A DNA stretch of 64,000 nucleotides, taken from positions 1 through 64,000 of IMG/VR virus record IMGVR_UViG_3300037587_000516, one strand, 5' to 3'. The notes beneath the pieces are model-generated. The model was not told the DNA's origin, did not search any database, and was given only the letters and a program-made list of their open reading frames with translations. Origin of the DNA: a virus. The position numbers and the translations under genes were made by a program. This document shows, in pieces, positions 38,955 through 48,724 of the stretch (positions are counted from its first letter, which is position 1; each line of letters opens with the position of its first letter).

Positions 38955-39220
38955 TGAAAACTATTAAAGTGAACAACTATTTTAATGTCCCAATTAAATT
39001 TACTGGTATTGCTGATTTTGACAGCGGCACTTTAGTTTGGTTTTTGGATGGAAGGAGACATAGAGTTGATGGACCTGCTGTTGAATATGCTGATGGCATT
39101 AAGGTTTGGTGGTTGAATGGTGAGTTTGTGTCAGAAGAAGAACATGCTAAAAGAACTGCTTATCTTAGGACTACTCTTGGTAAGTTGATATTCAATGAGC
39201 ATTTTAAATTGGAGGAATAG
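38954..39220 (+). CDS. HRxDGPA-repeat family copy 16
   Basis: family motifs; its GGAGG serves as the polymerase RBS. Confidence 0.85.
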   Translation: MKTIKVNNYFNVPIKFTGIADFDSGTLVWFLDGRRHRVDGPAVEYADGIKVWWLNGEFVSEEEHAKRTAYLRTTLGKLIFNEHFKLEE

Positions 39221-41740
39221 ATGACCGATTATTATATAGATGACCAAGAAGCTGCTGATGATTTTCTGGCGTATATCAAAGAAGATGGTATTACGTTAAA
39301 GCCAGAGAAGTTCGCAAATAATAATATGTATGCTATAGCCTCTGATGGAAATCGCTATATAATTGAACACAAGTTTGGTAAATTAATTAGCCCTTATATT
39401 AAAACTAAGCCCAGTGTATTAAAAGTGGGGGGCGGAAAAAATTCTGTGCAGCATTCCGTAAAAAAGGATTATAAAATAGCATTAACGAATAAAGATAGGG
39501 CTAGTATGGAGGCTCACATTAATGAGTTTGATGTGCATGCATTTGATGTAGAGACTACTGGGCTTAATGTTAGGAAAGAGACCGTTATAGGCTTTTCCGT
39601 TTGCGGAAAGGAAGGAACTTCGTTCTATTACCCCCTATATCAGTGGCTAAACGACACTCTTGAGCCTATAGAAAGCAACCTAGAGAAGTGCAACCACTTT
39701 TTGATGTTACTAAAAGACAAAAAGCTAGTAACTTGGAACGGATCGTTTGATACTAGGATTACAAAGAATGATCTAGGAGTTGACTTAATTTCCTCCATAT
39801 ACGCCGACGGAATGCTGCTAAAACACACCCTACAAGAAGATGGGCCCTTCGGATTAAAAGCAACTGGGGTTGAAATACAAGAGCACATAGGACTTAACGT
39901 AGAAGAAGATGCAAATAAAGAGCAGATAGCTCTGAAGGCTAATATAGAAAAGAACGGCGGGTCAACTACAAAGAAAAACTATCAGATGTTTATGGCTGAT
40001 CTAGAAGTTCTTGGGATCTATGGGTGCGCAGATGCTGATTTGACTTTGAGAATATACCACTACTACTTAGAGAAGTTGCGGGAAGAGGGATTAGAGGAGT
40101 TCTTTTTTGAAGATGAAGTAATGCCGCTGTATAAAGAAGTCACTATTCCTATGGAAGAAAATGGGGTGGCTATAAACATGGAGTTGTTGCAGAATACTAA
40201 GGATGAGATAGAGGAGGATATATTAGCTTTGAGAGAGAACGTAATATCTTCTCTCATGGAGACGGAGTACTTTGCAGATTGGTTAACTGAGGTAGCAACC
40301 AAAAAGTTCCCAGCAAAACCTACTGGAAAATTTGTACAGGAAATAATACGCCAGCATGAATTAGACTTGCCGGAACTTGCTCCTCATGGACCCATTCCTA
40401 TTAGAAAATACAGTATTGCTAAAAAGGGCGTAGAAAGTTTGCCGGACAGCCTAGCAAAAAGCTTTATACAAAGAAAAGAACTAGACTACTCATCTCTTAA
40501 TTTGGTGGATATTTCCATAAAGTTGTGGAAGGAAAAAGAAGGGTCTCTTATAAACATATCGTCCAAGCCTCAACTGATGTCGTTAGTATTTGGTAAGATG
40601 GGAGTTAAGCCTCTTTCTAAGACTGAGAAAGGAACTCCTCAATTTAATGATACTATGGTTGAATACTTGGCGGATAACGGACATGAGTGGGCGTCTATTT
40701 TAAGAAACTACAATAGGCTAATTAAAATACGCGGGGCTTATGTGGACAGGTTTTTGGACGGGCATGAGGACGGTAAGTTTTACTTTTCTTATAAGCAACA
40801 TGGCACTATTAGTGGCAGGTATGGGTCTGATGCACAGCAGCTTCCTAGGCCTATGGAAGAAGGCCAGGATGCTGAGGTAGTATTAAAGTATGTGAATAGA
40901 ATCCGCAAGTTTTTCATAAGCGGAGAAGATAGAATATTCATTGACTCAGATTACGAAAGTCTTGAGCCCCATGTATTTGCCCATGTTTCTGGAGATAAAG
41001 GGCTTATAGACATATTCAACAAAGGACATGACTTCTATTCCACTATTGCAATTGCTACTGAGGAGTTAGAAGGAGTTAGTGCAGATAAAAGTGCGGACAA
41101 TTATCTAGGGAAGGTTGATAAACAAAAGAGACAGACGGCTAAAGCATATGCTCTCGGGGTTCCATATGGAATGACCGGATTCGCTTTAGGAAAGACTTTG
41201 GACATAGACACTGAGGAGGCAGAAGTCCTCATAGACAACTACATGGAGTCGTACCCTCAGCTTAAAAGCTGGATGGATAAGTCTAAGAAACACGCTCAAG
41301 ATTTTGGCTATATTTCCTCAGAGGCAGGTAGGATCAGGCATCTACCACAGGTAAAAGAGATATATGCAGTACACAAAGACAGGCTACTAAGCTTCAAGTA
41401 CAGAGCTAGAGTATCTAAAAGATTCGGCAGAGAAGAAATTAAATCAAAGTACAGAGATTATAAGAACGGAGTAAACAACAGTAGGAACTTTCAAATACAG
41501 TCTTTATCCGCCAGCATAGTAAATAGAGCGGCCATAGCCATAAATAGGGAGTTCAAAGAAAGGGGTATAAATGGATACTGCTGTGCCCAAGTACACGATC
41601 AACTTATACTAGATGTACCAGAAAGCTCAAAAGACGTATGTAAGGAGATTGTTAGGGATATGATGGAGAACACTACTAAATTATCACTAAGCATAAAAGC
41701 TCCGCCAGAATTTGGTAGAAACTGGCAAGAAGCGCATTAA
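39221..41740 (+). CDS. polA: family A DNA polymerase with 3'-5' exonuclease
   Basis: FDVETTG, NGSFD, YGCADA; GTISGR; DYESLEPHV; RQTAKA..LG.PYG; NFQIQS; QVHDQ. Confidence 0.92.
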   Translation: MTDYYIDDQEAADDFLAYIKEDGITLKPEKFANNNMYAIASDGNRYIIEHKFGKLISPYIKTKPSVLKVGGGKNSVQHSVKKDYKIALTNKDRASMEAHINEFDVHAFDVETTGLNVRKETVIGFSVCGKEGTSFYYPLYQWLNDTLEPIESNLEKCNHFLMLLKDKKLVTWNGSFDTRITKNDLGVDLISSIYADGMLLKHTLQEDGPFGLKATGVEIQEHIGLNVEEDANKEQIALKANIEKNGGSTTKKNYQMFMADLEVLGIYGCADADLTLRIYHYYLEKLREEGLEEFFFEDEVMPLYKEVTIPMEENGVAINMELLQNTKDEIEEDILALRENVISSLMETEYFADWLTEVATKKFPAKPTGKFVQEIIRQHELDLPELAPHGPIPIRKYSIAKKGVESLPDSLAKSFIQRKELDYSSLNLVDISIKLWKEKEGSLINISSKPQLMSLVFGKMGVKPLSKTEKGTPQFNDTMVEYLADNGHEWASILRNYNRLIKIRGAYVDRFLDGHEDGKFYFSYKQHGTISGRYGSDAQQLPRPMEEGQDAEVVLKYVNRIRKFFISGEDRIFIDSDYESLEPHVFAHVSGDKGLIDIFNKGHDFYSTIAIATEELEGVSADKSADNYLGKVDKQKRQTAKAYALGVPYGMTGFALGKTLDIDTEEAEVLIDNYMESYPQLKSWMDKSKKHAQDFGYISSEAGRIRHLPQVKEIYAVHKDRLLSFKYRARVSKRFGREEIKSKYRDYKNGVNNSRNFQIQSLSASIVNRAAIAINREFKERGINGYCCAQVHDQLILDVPESSKDVCKEIVRDMMENTTKLSLSIKAPPEFGRNWQEAH

Positions 41741-41801
41741 TTTACACAAAAAGCTTTACAAAGGCGAATAGCTGTAGTACATTAGTATATGGGAGTTGGA
41801 T

Positions 41802-42140
41802 ATGAAAACAATAAAAGTGGACGACAATTGGCATAAGCCAGATAAATTCACAGGAATTGCTGAATATCCTAATGGCGATGAGTATTGGTATTTGAATGGT
41901 AAATATCATAGAGTCGACGGACCTGCTATTGAATATGCTGGTGGTGGTAAGTATTGGTATTTGAATGGTAAAATGCATAGAGTTGGCGGACCTGCTGAGG
42001 AATGGTCAGATGGTAGTGAGTTTTGGTTTTTGAATGGTGAGATGCTAACAGAAGAAGAGCATGATAAAAGAACAGCCTATTTAAGAACTACATTAGGCAA
42101 ACTAATATTCAATGAGCATTTTAAGTTGGAGGACTCGTGA
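41802..42140 (+). CDS. HRxDGPA-repeat family copy 17 (two repeats)
   Basis: family motifs; downstream of TTTACA-N17-TACATT 41755-41783. Confidence 0.85.
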   Translation: MKTIKVDDNWHKPDKFTGIAEYPNGDEYWYLNGKYHRVDGPAIEYAGGGKYWYLNGKMHRVGGPAEEWSDGSEFWFLNGEMLTEEEHDKRTAYLRTTLGKLIFNEHFKLEDS

Positions 42141-42406
42141 GAGTATTTAAAGGGTGGTTTGGTGACGAACCAGATAATTTCACCGGAATTGTTGAGTCTG
42201 AGAATGGGGACAGGGCTTGGTGTTTGAATGGTGAATGTCATAGAGTTGACGGACCTGCTATTGAGTGGGGTGATAGTGGAAGTTGGTCGTGGTATTTGAA
42301 TGGTGTGATGATAACAGAGGAAGAGCACACTAAAAAGACAGCGGGGTATAGAACTACCTTGGGAAAATTGATTTTTAATGAGCATTTTAAATTGGAGGAG
42401 AAATGA
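42137..42406 (+). CDS. HRxDGPA-repeat family copy 18
   Basis: family motifs. Confidence 0.85.
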   Translation: MRVFKGWFGDEPDNFTGIVESENGDRAWCLNGECHRVDGPAIEWGDSGSWSWYLNGVMITEEEHTKKTAGYRTTLGKLIFNEHFKLEEK

Positions 42407-42756
42407 AGGTATTTAAAGGGTGGTTTGGAGATCAACCAGATAACTTTACTGGGATTGTTGAAACTCCGCGTGGTAATAAGTATTGGTATTTAAATGGTGA
42501 GAGACATAGAGTGGGTGGACCTGCTAGTGAATATCCTGGTGGCAGTAAGCGGTGGTATTTGAATGGACTAAGACATAGAGTTGACGGACCTGCTAGTGAA
42601 TGGGCTGATGGCACTGAGATTTGGTATTTGAATGATGTAGAAATGACAGAAGATGAGCACACTAAAAGGACCGCTTGCTATAGAACTACCTTGGGTAGAT
42701 TAATACTAAAAAAAGAAGGGCATTTTAAACTACAAACTGAGGAGGAATCAGTATGA
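42403..42756 (+). CDS. HRxDGPA-repeat family copy 19 (two repeats)
   Basis: family motifs. Confidence 0.85.
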   Translation: MKVFKGWFGDQPDNFTGIVETPRGNKYWYLNGERHRVGGPASEYPGGSKRWYLNGLRHRVDGPASEWADGTEIWYLNDVEMTEDEHTKRTACYRTTLGRLILKKEGHFKLQTEEESV

Positions 42757-42964
42757 CAGAAGCGGAAATGGAAGAGGTATTGTATGATGAAGAGACTAGT
42801 AGTGTGGAGGAGTTTGAGATATATGACTTGCGGGATAGGATAGCTGAGCTGGAGAATAAGATAGAATATGCCAAGTCTAATCTGCTGGAGCACATGGAAG
42901 AAGAAGCTATTGCGGAAATATTTGGCGAAAAAGATTGACAATAGTATGATAGTATGATAACATA

Positions 42965-43128
42965 GTATTAAGAATGGGCGTCACATACGTCACTACATTC
43001 TAGTTACGGAAAATCTTATACTAGCCTAATAGGGCTAGAATATTCTTTATGAGTTCAAACTAGAGCAACCTGATGGAATAGGGAAGCTCTGGAAACACGG
43101 GATTGGTTACCCTAAGTAACCATTTTTT
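42965..43128 (+). ncRNA. candidate small structured RNA or leader
   Basis: TTGACA-N17-TAACAT at 42935-42963; hairpins at 43021-38 and 43062-90; terminator TGGTTAC-cctaa-GTAACCA-T6; no ORF of substance. Confidence 0.4.
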
Positions 43129-43145
43129 AACCAAAGGAAAAACAA

Positions 43146-43574
43146 ATGTTAGTAACAATGAAAGTTGAAATTGTAGCTGGATCAAAAGAGAAGTGGGAAG
43201 TTGACAAAGGTACTGGTGAACTTAAATTAGATAGGGTAATCGAAATCCCTTACCCTTACAACTATGGGTATATAAAAGGAACCTTGGCTGAAGATAACGA
43301 CCAATTGGATGTGTTTTTAATAGGGACATCCGATAAATTAATCCCGGGGTCTACTATTGAAGTTGAGGTTAGGAATATTATTGAGATGATTGATAATGAC
43401 GAAGTTGATCATAAGATAATTGCAGCTTTGCCGAACACATTGATTAAGTTCCATGAAACTGATAAAGTTAAAAAGTTTCTTATGGATTATAAAACTGGGG
43501 TTGTTGTTGGTAGATGTTTGGGTCCAGCTGCGGCAGAAGAGTATGTTAAGTTTTGCAGAGAAAGGAATAAATAG
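43146..43574 (+). CDS. ppa: family I inorganic pyrophosphatase
   Basis: EI..GS..K.E, LDR, YPYNYGYI.GTLAEDNDQLDV, M.D..E.D.KI. Confidence 0.85.
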   Translation: MLVTMKVEIVAGSKEKWEVDKGTGELKLDRVIEIPYPYNYGYIKGTLAEDNDQLDVFLIGTSDKLIPGSTIEVEVRNIIEMIDNDEVDHKIIAALPNTLIKFHETDKVKKFLMDYKTGVVVGRCLGPAAAEEYVKFCRERNK

Positions 43575-44827
43575 TGTCTTATAATGATGATAGTATTAAG
43601 TATTTGAAAGTATTGCGGGAAGAGACTGGTCTCGATTGGGTCGAAATAACGGAGGCTTGGAATGAAAAGTTTGCGGACCAGTATGGAAGTAAAACACTTA
43701 ATGCTTTGCGGAAAACTTACCGTAGATACCAAGATGATGATATAACTGATGATGTGCTTATTAAGAATATGCAGACTGCGTTTACTGCTAAGAAAACTGC
43801 TAGTAAGCTGCGCAAAGAAAATAAGGCGTTAACTGAAGACTCAATTTCTTCAGAAGCGTTTTTGTCTGAGCTGTTAGATATCAACAAAAAAGCCCCAATC
43901 AAATACCACAAAAAGGTAAAACTAATTAAATCGAAAAAGGTCGCAAGAACTATTGTGGCTCATGTTAGTGATACTCATATTGGATGTAACATACATAAGG
44001 ATGAGCAGGGTGGAGCAAATGAATACAATCCAACAATTGCGGCTAGAAGATTTGCTCTTTATTTTAAGACATTGGCTGAGTACAAGGTAGATCACAGAGA
44101 CGAAACTGATTTAGTATTGGTGTTGAATGGTGATATTTTTGCTGGGATAATTCACAACCAGGAATCAGTTGATCCCATGTCTACTCAATTTTCTAGCGCA
44201 CTTAGGATATTTACCCAAGGCATTTCTTATTTAGCCCAGCACTTTAAAAACATCACTGTAGTATGTACTTCGGGTAACCATGATAGGTTTATAACGAAGA
44301 CTGATAAAGGTAGACAGATGGATCAAAAATGGGATTCATTTACAACAATGCTGTATTCGTCACTACAACAAGGGTTTAGGGATTATAAGAGTATTGAGTT
44401 TATTATACCCGAAAGTCCATACGCTAGATTGTTAGTACAAGGCCATTGGTTGTTTATCACTCACGGCGACACGGTAATCAACTTAGGAAATCCTAGTAAG
44501 TCGATAAACGTAGAAGCTATTACAAACCAAGTAAACAACTTTATAACAGGTAGCGGAGTTGATATTGATGTCCTTATGGTAGGGCATGTACACAAGGAAC
44601 TATTCTTTACCTTAAACAACGGAGTTAGCCTAGCAATTAACGGAACGTTGTCAGGAAACGATAGTTTTTCACAAAGCATAGGTTACCTAGTAAACAGATC
44701 ATGCCAGCAGTTTTTTGAAATGACCCCAGAGTTTAAGATGGGAGATATGAGATTTGTTGATTTAACAGCAGCTGACGACGATAAATCGTTAGAAAAGATT
44801 ATTGAGCCGCTTAAGGGCAAGTTTTAA
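43574..44827 (+). CDS. calcineurin-like phosphoesterase with N-terminal HTH-like region
   Basis: SDTHIG, NGD, GNHDR, THGD, GHVH. Confidence 0.8.
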   Translation: MSYNDDSIKYLKVLREETGLDWVEITEAWNEKFADQYGSKTLNALRKTYRRYQDDDITDDVLIKNMQTAFTAKKTASKLRKENKALTEDSISSEAFLSELLDINKKAPIKYHKKVKLIKSKKVARTIVAHVSDTHIGCNIHKDEQGGANEYNPTIAARRFALYFKTLAEYKVDHRDETDLVLVLNGDIFAGIIHNQESVDPMSTQFSSALRIFTQGISYLAQHFKNITVVCTSGNHDRFITKTDKGRQMDQKWDSFTTMLYSSLQQGFRDYKSIEFIIPESPYARLLVQGHWLFITHGDTVINLGNPSKSINVEAITNQVNNFITGSGVDIDVLMVGHVHKELFFTLNNGVSLAINGTLSGNDSFSQSIGYLVNRSCQQFFEMTPEFKMGDMRFVDLTAADDDKSLEKIIEPLKGKF

Positions 44828-45445
44828 ATGTTGGTTGACGGAGGTACTAAAACATGTAGCGAATGTAGAATGACGAAATGCATTTCTCTGTTTCACAGAA
44901 ATAGGTCTAAAAAGGATGGGCGTAGCAGACTCTGTGCGGAATGTAAAACACAAATAGCAAGAAAATGGGCAGCTGCCAATAAAGAAAAGAAGGCTAAACA
45001 CAACAAGAAGTACGCGGCTAAAAACAAAGAAAAGATCGCCGCATACAAAGTAAAATACTACGAAGAAAACAAAGACAAAATAAACGCATACAGAAAGAAC
45101 AGAAAGGAAACCAACACACAATTCCGACTAGAGTGCGCGCTGCGCATTAGAATCAACAAAGTAATAAACAGAGGATACAAAGTTGGATCAGCAGTGGACG
45201 ACCTAGGATGCACTTCAACAGAGTTGAAGGCATACCTTGAGTCCAAGTTTGAAGCCGGGATGAGTTGGGAGAACTGGTCCCAGTATGGATGGCACATTGA
45301 TCACATCAAGCCGCTGTCCAGCTTTAACCTAGAGGACCGCGAAGAGTTTTTAGAAGCATGTAACTATACTAACCTACAACCACTATGGGCGGAAGATAAT
45401 TTGAAAAAAGGAAGTAAGTTGGAGGCAAACAATGGGAATTCGTGA
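44828..45445 (+). CDS. HNH-type endonuclease
   Basis: CSEC..CAEC; GMSWENW...WHIDHIKP...NYTNLQPLW..DN..K. Confidence 0.8.
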   Translation: MLVDGGTKTCSECRMTKCISLFHRNRSKKDGRSRLCAECKTQIARKWAAANKEKKAKHNKKYAAKNKEKIAAYKVKYYEENKDKINAYRKNRKETNTQFRLECALRIRINKVINRGYKVGSAVDDLGCTSTELKAYLESKFEAGMSWENWSQYGWHIDHIKPLSSFNLEDREEFLEACNYTNLQPLWAEDNLKKGSKLEANNGNS

Positions 45446-45971
45446 TGACGAAATCAACAGACTAAAGAAATACGCCGAGGGACTCGGCATTAAAATCACC
45501 CTTGTCCCATTCTACAGAGGTTCCGGCGGCGGCGAATGGGACATGAGCAGCAGAGAGATAACCATATATACTAGAGACGACTGGTCCAAAACGGACTACA
45601 TACTAACTATACTACACGAATTAGGACACCACCTAGACTGGGTATACAACGACAAAAAGGACAGCGCCATATCATACAAAGCATACGCGATGCTAAACCA
45701 AGGACACATGTATGGTCCTAGGTTGGATATGTCACAGAAGTATAGGGATGTGTTGTTGGCCGAGGAAGAAGCCGGGGTTTACTACATGGACATACTGCAC
45801 AAAGAGCTTGATTTAAAAATACCGCTATGGAAAGTTAAAATGCAACAAGAGCTGGACTTGTATGATTATGTGTGTCTTAGTAAAGAGGGCCGATTTTCTA
45901 CTACAAAAGAATACCGAGCCCACAGGAAAACGATAAAAGCGCACTATAAAAAAACGTATGGAGATGTATGA
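45432..45971 (+). CDS. HEXXH metallopeptidase (ImmA/IrrE-like)
   Basis: ILHELGH followed by distal EEEA. Confidence 0.6.
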   Translation: MGIRDDEINRLKKYAEGLGIKITLVPFYRGSGGGEWDMSSREITIYTRDDWSKTDYILTILHELGHHLDWVYNDKKDSAISYKAYAMLNQGHMYGPRLDMSQKYRDVLLAEEEAGVYYMDILHKELDLKIPLWKVKMQQELDLYDYVCLSKEGRFSTTKEYRAHRKTIKAHYKKTYGDV

Positions 45972-46185
45972 AAAAATCTGATATGATTAAAGAGCTAGCA
46001 GGTTGGTTTGAAGTCGAATTTAACGAAAACCCACAGGATTCTATAGTATCAGCTAAGCGAATGTTAGAGTTTGTAGAGCATCTTGGAATGGTATCAGAAG
46101 AGTGGCTCGAAGAAAGCATTAAGAAAAATCTTGAGAACTTTGGTGTAGAAATTCATAACGAAATATATGGGGAGCCGGAGGAAAA

Positions 46186-46470
46186 ATGAAAACAATAAAG
46201 CTAGAGTCAGTTTGGAGTGGGCCAGATAATTACACCGGAATTGTTGAAAATCCATATGGTGATAAGGTTTGGTTTTTGAATGGTCTAAGACATAGAGTTG
46301 ATGGACCTGCTTGTGTGTGGGATGATGGAGATGAGTGGTGGTATTTGACTGATGAGTATATGACAGAGGAAGAGCACAGTAAAAGAACTGCTTACTTAAG
46401 AACCACACTAGGCAGACTTATACTAAAAGAACACTTTACATTAGGAGATGAAAATGCAAGTAAAGATTAA
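46186..46470 (+). CDS. HRxDGPA-repeat family copy 20
   Basis: family motifs. Confidence 0.85.
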   Translation: MKTIKLESVWSGPDNYTGIVENPYGDKVWFLNGLRHRVDGPACVWDDGDEWWYLTDEYMTEEEHSKRTAYLRTTLGRLILKEHFTLGDENASKD

Positions 46471-46876
46471 GCGTCTGCACCCAGACGCGAAAATACCCCA
46501 AAAAGCCCACCAAGGGGATGCTGGATTTGATCTAGTAGCTGTCACAAAAGAACTAACCCCACAAGGTTATATTGAAATGAAAACCGGCCTTGGCTTCGAG
46601 ATCCCTCCGGGCCACATGGGGTTGCTGTTTCCAAGGTCTAGTATATCAAATACTAAAATGACCTTGACCAATTCTGTCGGTGTACTTGATGAGAATTTTA
46701 GAGGAGATGTTAGCTTTAGATTTAAGCCCGCAACTTCTGGAAAAGGTGGGTATGAAATAGGAGACAAAATAGGCCAACTAGTAATCATGCCTTATCCTAG
46801 TATTGAGTTAGTTGAAGTTGATGAGCTAGATGAAACTGATCGTGGAACTGGTTCCTATGGGTCGTCTGGAAAATGA
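46448..46876 (+). CDS. dut: trimeric dUTPase
   Basis: AGFDL, PRSS, GVLDENFRG, IGQL, RGTGSYGSSG. Confidence 0.92.
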   Translation: MKMQVKIKRLHPDAKIPQKAHQGDAGFDLVAVTKELTPQGYIEMKTGLGFEIPPGHMGLLFPRSSISNTKMTLTNSVGVLDENFRGDVSFRFKPATSGKGGYEIGDKIGQLVIMPYPSIELVEVDELDETDRGTGSYGSSGK

Positions 46877-47142
46877 AAACAATTAAAGTAAAGTATTGGC
46901 TTGATAGACCTTGTAATTTCACGGGGATTGTTGAATGTTATAATGGAGATAATATTTGGCTTTTGAATGGTAAAAGGCACAGAGTAGACGGACCTGCTAG
47001 TGAATGTGCCGGTGGTGATAAGTATTGGTTTTTGAATGGTGTTCGTATGACAGAAGAAGAGCATTATAAAAGGACAGCGTGGACTAGGACTACATTAGGT
47101 AAATTGATATTCAATGAGCATTTCACATTAGACGGAGAGTAG
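46873..47142 (+). CDS. HRxDGPA-repeat family copy 21
   Basis: family motifs. Confidence 0.85.
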   Translation: MKTIKVKYWLDRPCNFTGIVECYNGDNIWLLNGKRHRVDGPASECAGGDKYWFLNGVRMTEEEHYKRTAWTRTTLGKLIFNEHFTLDGE

Positions 47143-47590
47143 ATGGACTGTGTAAACATAAAGCCAATATTAGCAGCAATAAAATACCTGTGCGACAAAA
47201 GTCCACATTTATATTACAGCTCCCAAAGAGACGGGATCGTTAATTTGTATCAGTGGTATGATCCTTATTGCCAAGGATTAAAACAGTGGAATAAATCTTT
47301 AACTATAAACATGTACACAAATCAAATGGACGGGAGATTAGATTGAAGGGAAAATCCAAAGTTCCAGAAAAAGCAACCACAGACAAGCTACGTTACTATA
47401 AAGGCGTTGTCAAAGAACTTACAAAAGAATTGCGGAATCTAAAGGATAGGGTCGGTGATTTGGAAACACAGATGTCTAAGATATACACAAACCCGAAAAA
47501 GTATACTAAAACTAAAGCTAGTATAGATGAAAGAGAGCGGGAATTGCTTTTGAAAAAATATAACCCGGATTATAAAAAGGATGGAGAGAA

Positions 47591-47857
47591 ATGAAGGTGT
47601 TTAAAGGGTGGACTTGGAATATGCCAAATAATTTCACTGGCATTGTTGAAAACAATAGTGGTAATAAGCATTGGTATTTGAATGGTGAGAAGCATAGAGT
47701 TGACGGACCTGCTATTGAATATGTTGGCGGAGTTAAGGCCTGGTTTTTGAATGGTGAGCGTGTGACAGAGGAAGAGCATTATAAAAAGACAGCTTATCTT
47801 AGGACTACTCTTGGTAAGTTGATATTTAATGAGCATTTTAAACTGGAGGAAGCGTGA
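47591..47857 (+). CDS. HRxDGPA-repeat family copy 22
   Basis: family motifs; ATGA / GTGA overlaps. Confidence 0.85.
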   Translation: MKVFKGWTWNMPNNFTGIVENNSGNKHWYLNGEKHRVDGPAIEYVGGVKAWFLNGERVTEEEHYKKTAYLRTTLGKLIFNEHFKLEEA

Positions 47858-48297
47858 AAGACGAAGAGCTTAATCCAAAATTAAAGTCGTTTGTGGTGAA
47901 TTTGCTTCGTGCCGGAACGTTTAAATGGAAGGCAAGAAATACGGCAAAGAAGAGATACAAAGCCCAGAATGGTTTCTTTAAGAACGGCAACCCTAAGTAT
48001 GGATATTACTGTGCTAAGTGCAAGGACGTATTTAAGTCCGGAGAAGTTCAAATGGACCACCTCCACGCTGTTGTTAGCCCACTTCATGGATTTGTTGGGC
48101 TAAATACCTACGCTAATCGTATGTATTGTGACGAATGGGGGTATATATGCTTGTGTCCAGGGTGCCACAGTACCAAGACAAAAATTGAATTAGAGTTTCG
48201 CACAGCATTTCGGGCACTTAGAGCAGCTGGAGCATCAGATCCAGAGCTAGAAGCAGAATATTACAGATTTTTAAAAGAATATGAAGAAAAGACTTGA
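47854..48297 (+). CDS. HNH endonuclease
   Basis: CAKC...QMDH...LCPGCHSTKT. Confidence 0.8.
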   Translation: MKDEELNPKLKSFVVNLLRAGTFKWKARNTAKKRYKAQNGFFKNGNPKYGYYCAKCKDVFKSGEVQMDHLHAVVSPLHGFVGLNTYANRMYCDEWGYICLCPGCHSTKTKIELEFRTAFRALRAAGASDPELEAEYYRFLKEYEEKT

Positions 48298-48322
48298 CAA
48301 TAACAACAAACTATAGTATGAT
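48294..48322 (+). promoter_or_regulatory. sigma70 promoter
   Basis: TTGACA-N17-TATGAT. Confidence 0.75.
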
Positions 48323-48349
48323 TAAATAATCAATGAAAGGAAAAAAGAT

Positions 48350-48712
48350 ATGTCAGGAGTAGGAAATTCGGGAGAAAGGAATGAAGCAATTGCTAGTGGA
48401 GTAATTGCCGCAGATGTTGCAACCGCAAGTGATGCAATTCAACTTCAACCCCAAGCCCACAATAAGTTTTTAGTAATGCAGGTTTCATCAAGAACCGACG
48501 GAACATTTATCCCTAAAGTTCAACATTCTGTTGATGGATCAGTATGGGAAGATTTAGTGGCTGGAACAGGACTAAGTGCAAACGGAATGGAAAGTATTCC
48601 GTTTCCGATTACTGGTAATTTGCCATATGTTCGTGCGGTAGTTACGTCATCAGTAACAACAACTGGAGCAACAATCGCGGCTTTCTTTGTTCACGCTAAC
48701 CCAATTAGATAA
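48350..48712 (+). CDS. hypothetical beta-rich protein
   Basis: RBS; VQHSVDG..W.D and YVRAVVT beta-sandwich-like pattern. Confidence 0.55.
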   Translation: MSGVGNSGERNEAIASGVIAADVATASDAIQLQPQAHNKFLVMQVSSRTDGTFIPKVQHSVDGSVWEDLVAGTGLSANGMESIPFPITGNLPYVRAVVTSSVTTTGATIAAFFVHANPIR

Positions 48713-48724
48713 TCAGGAGAATTA

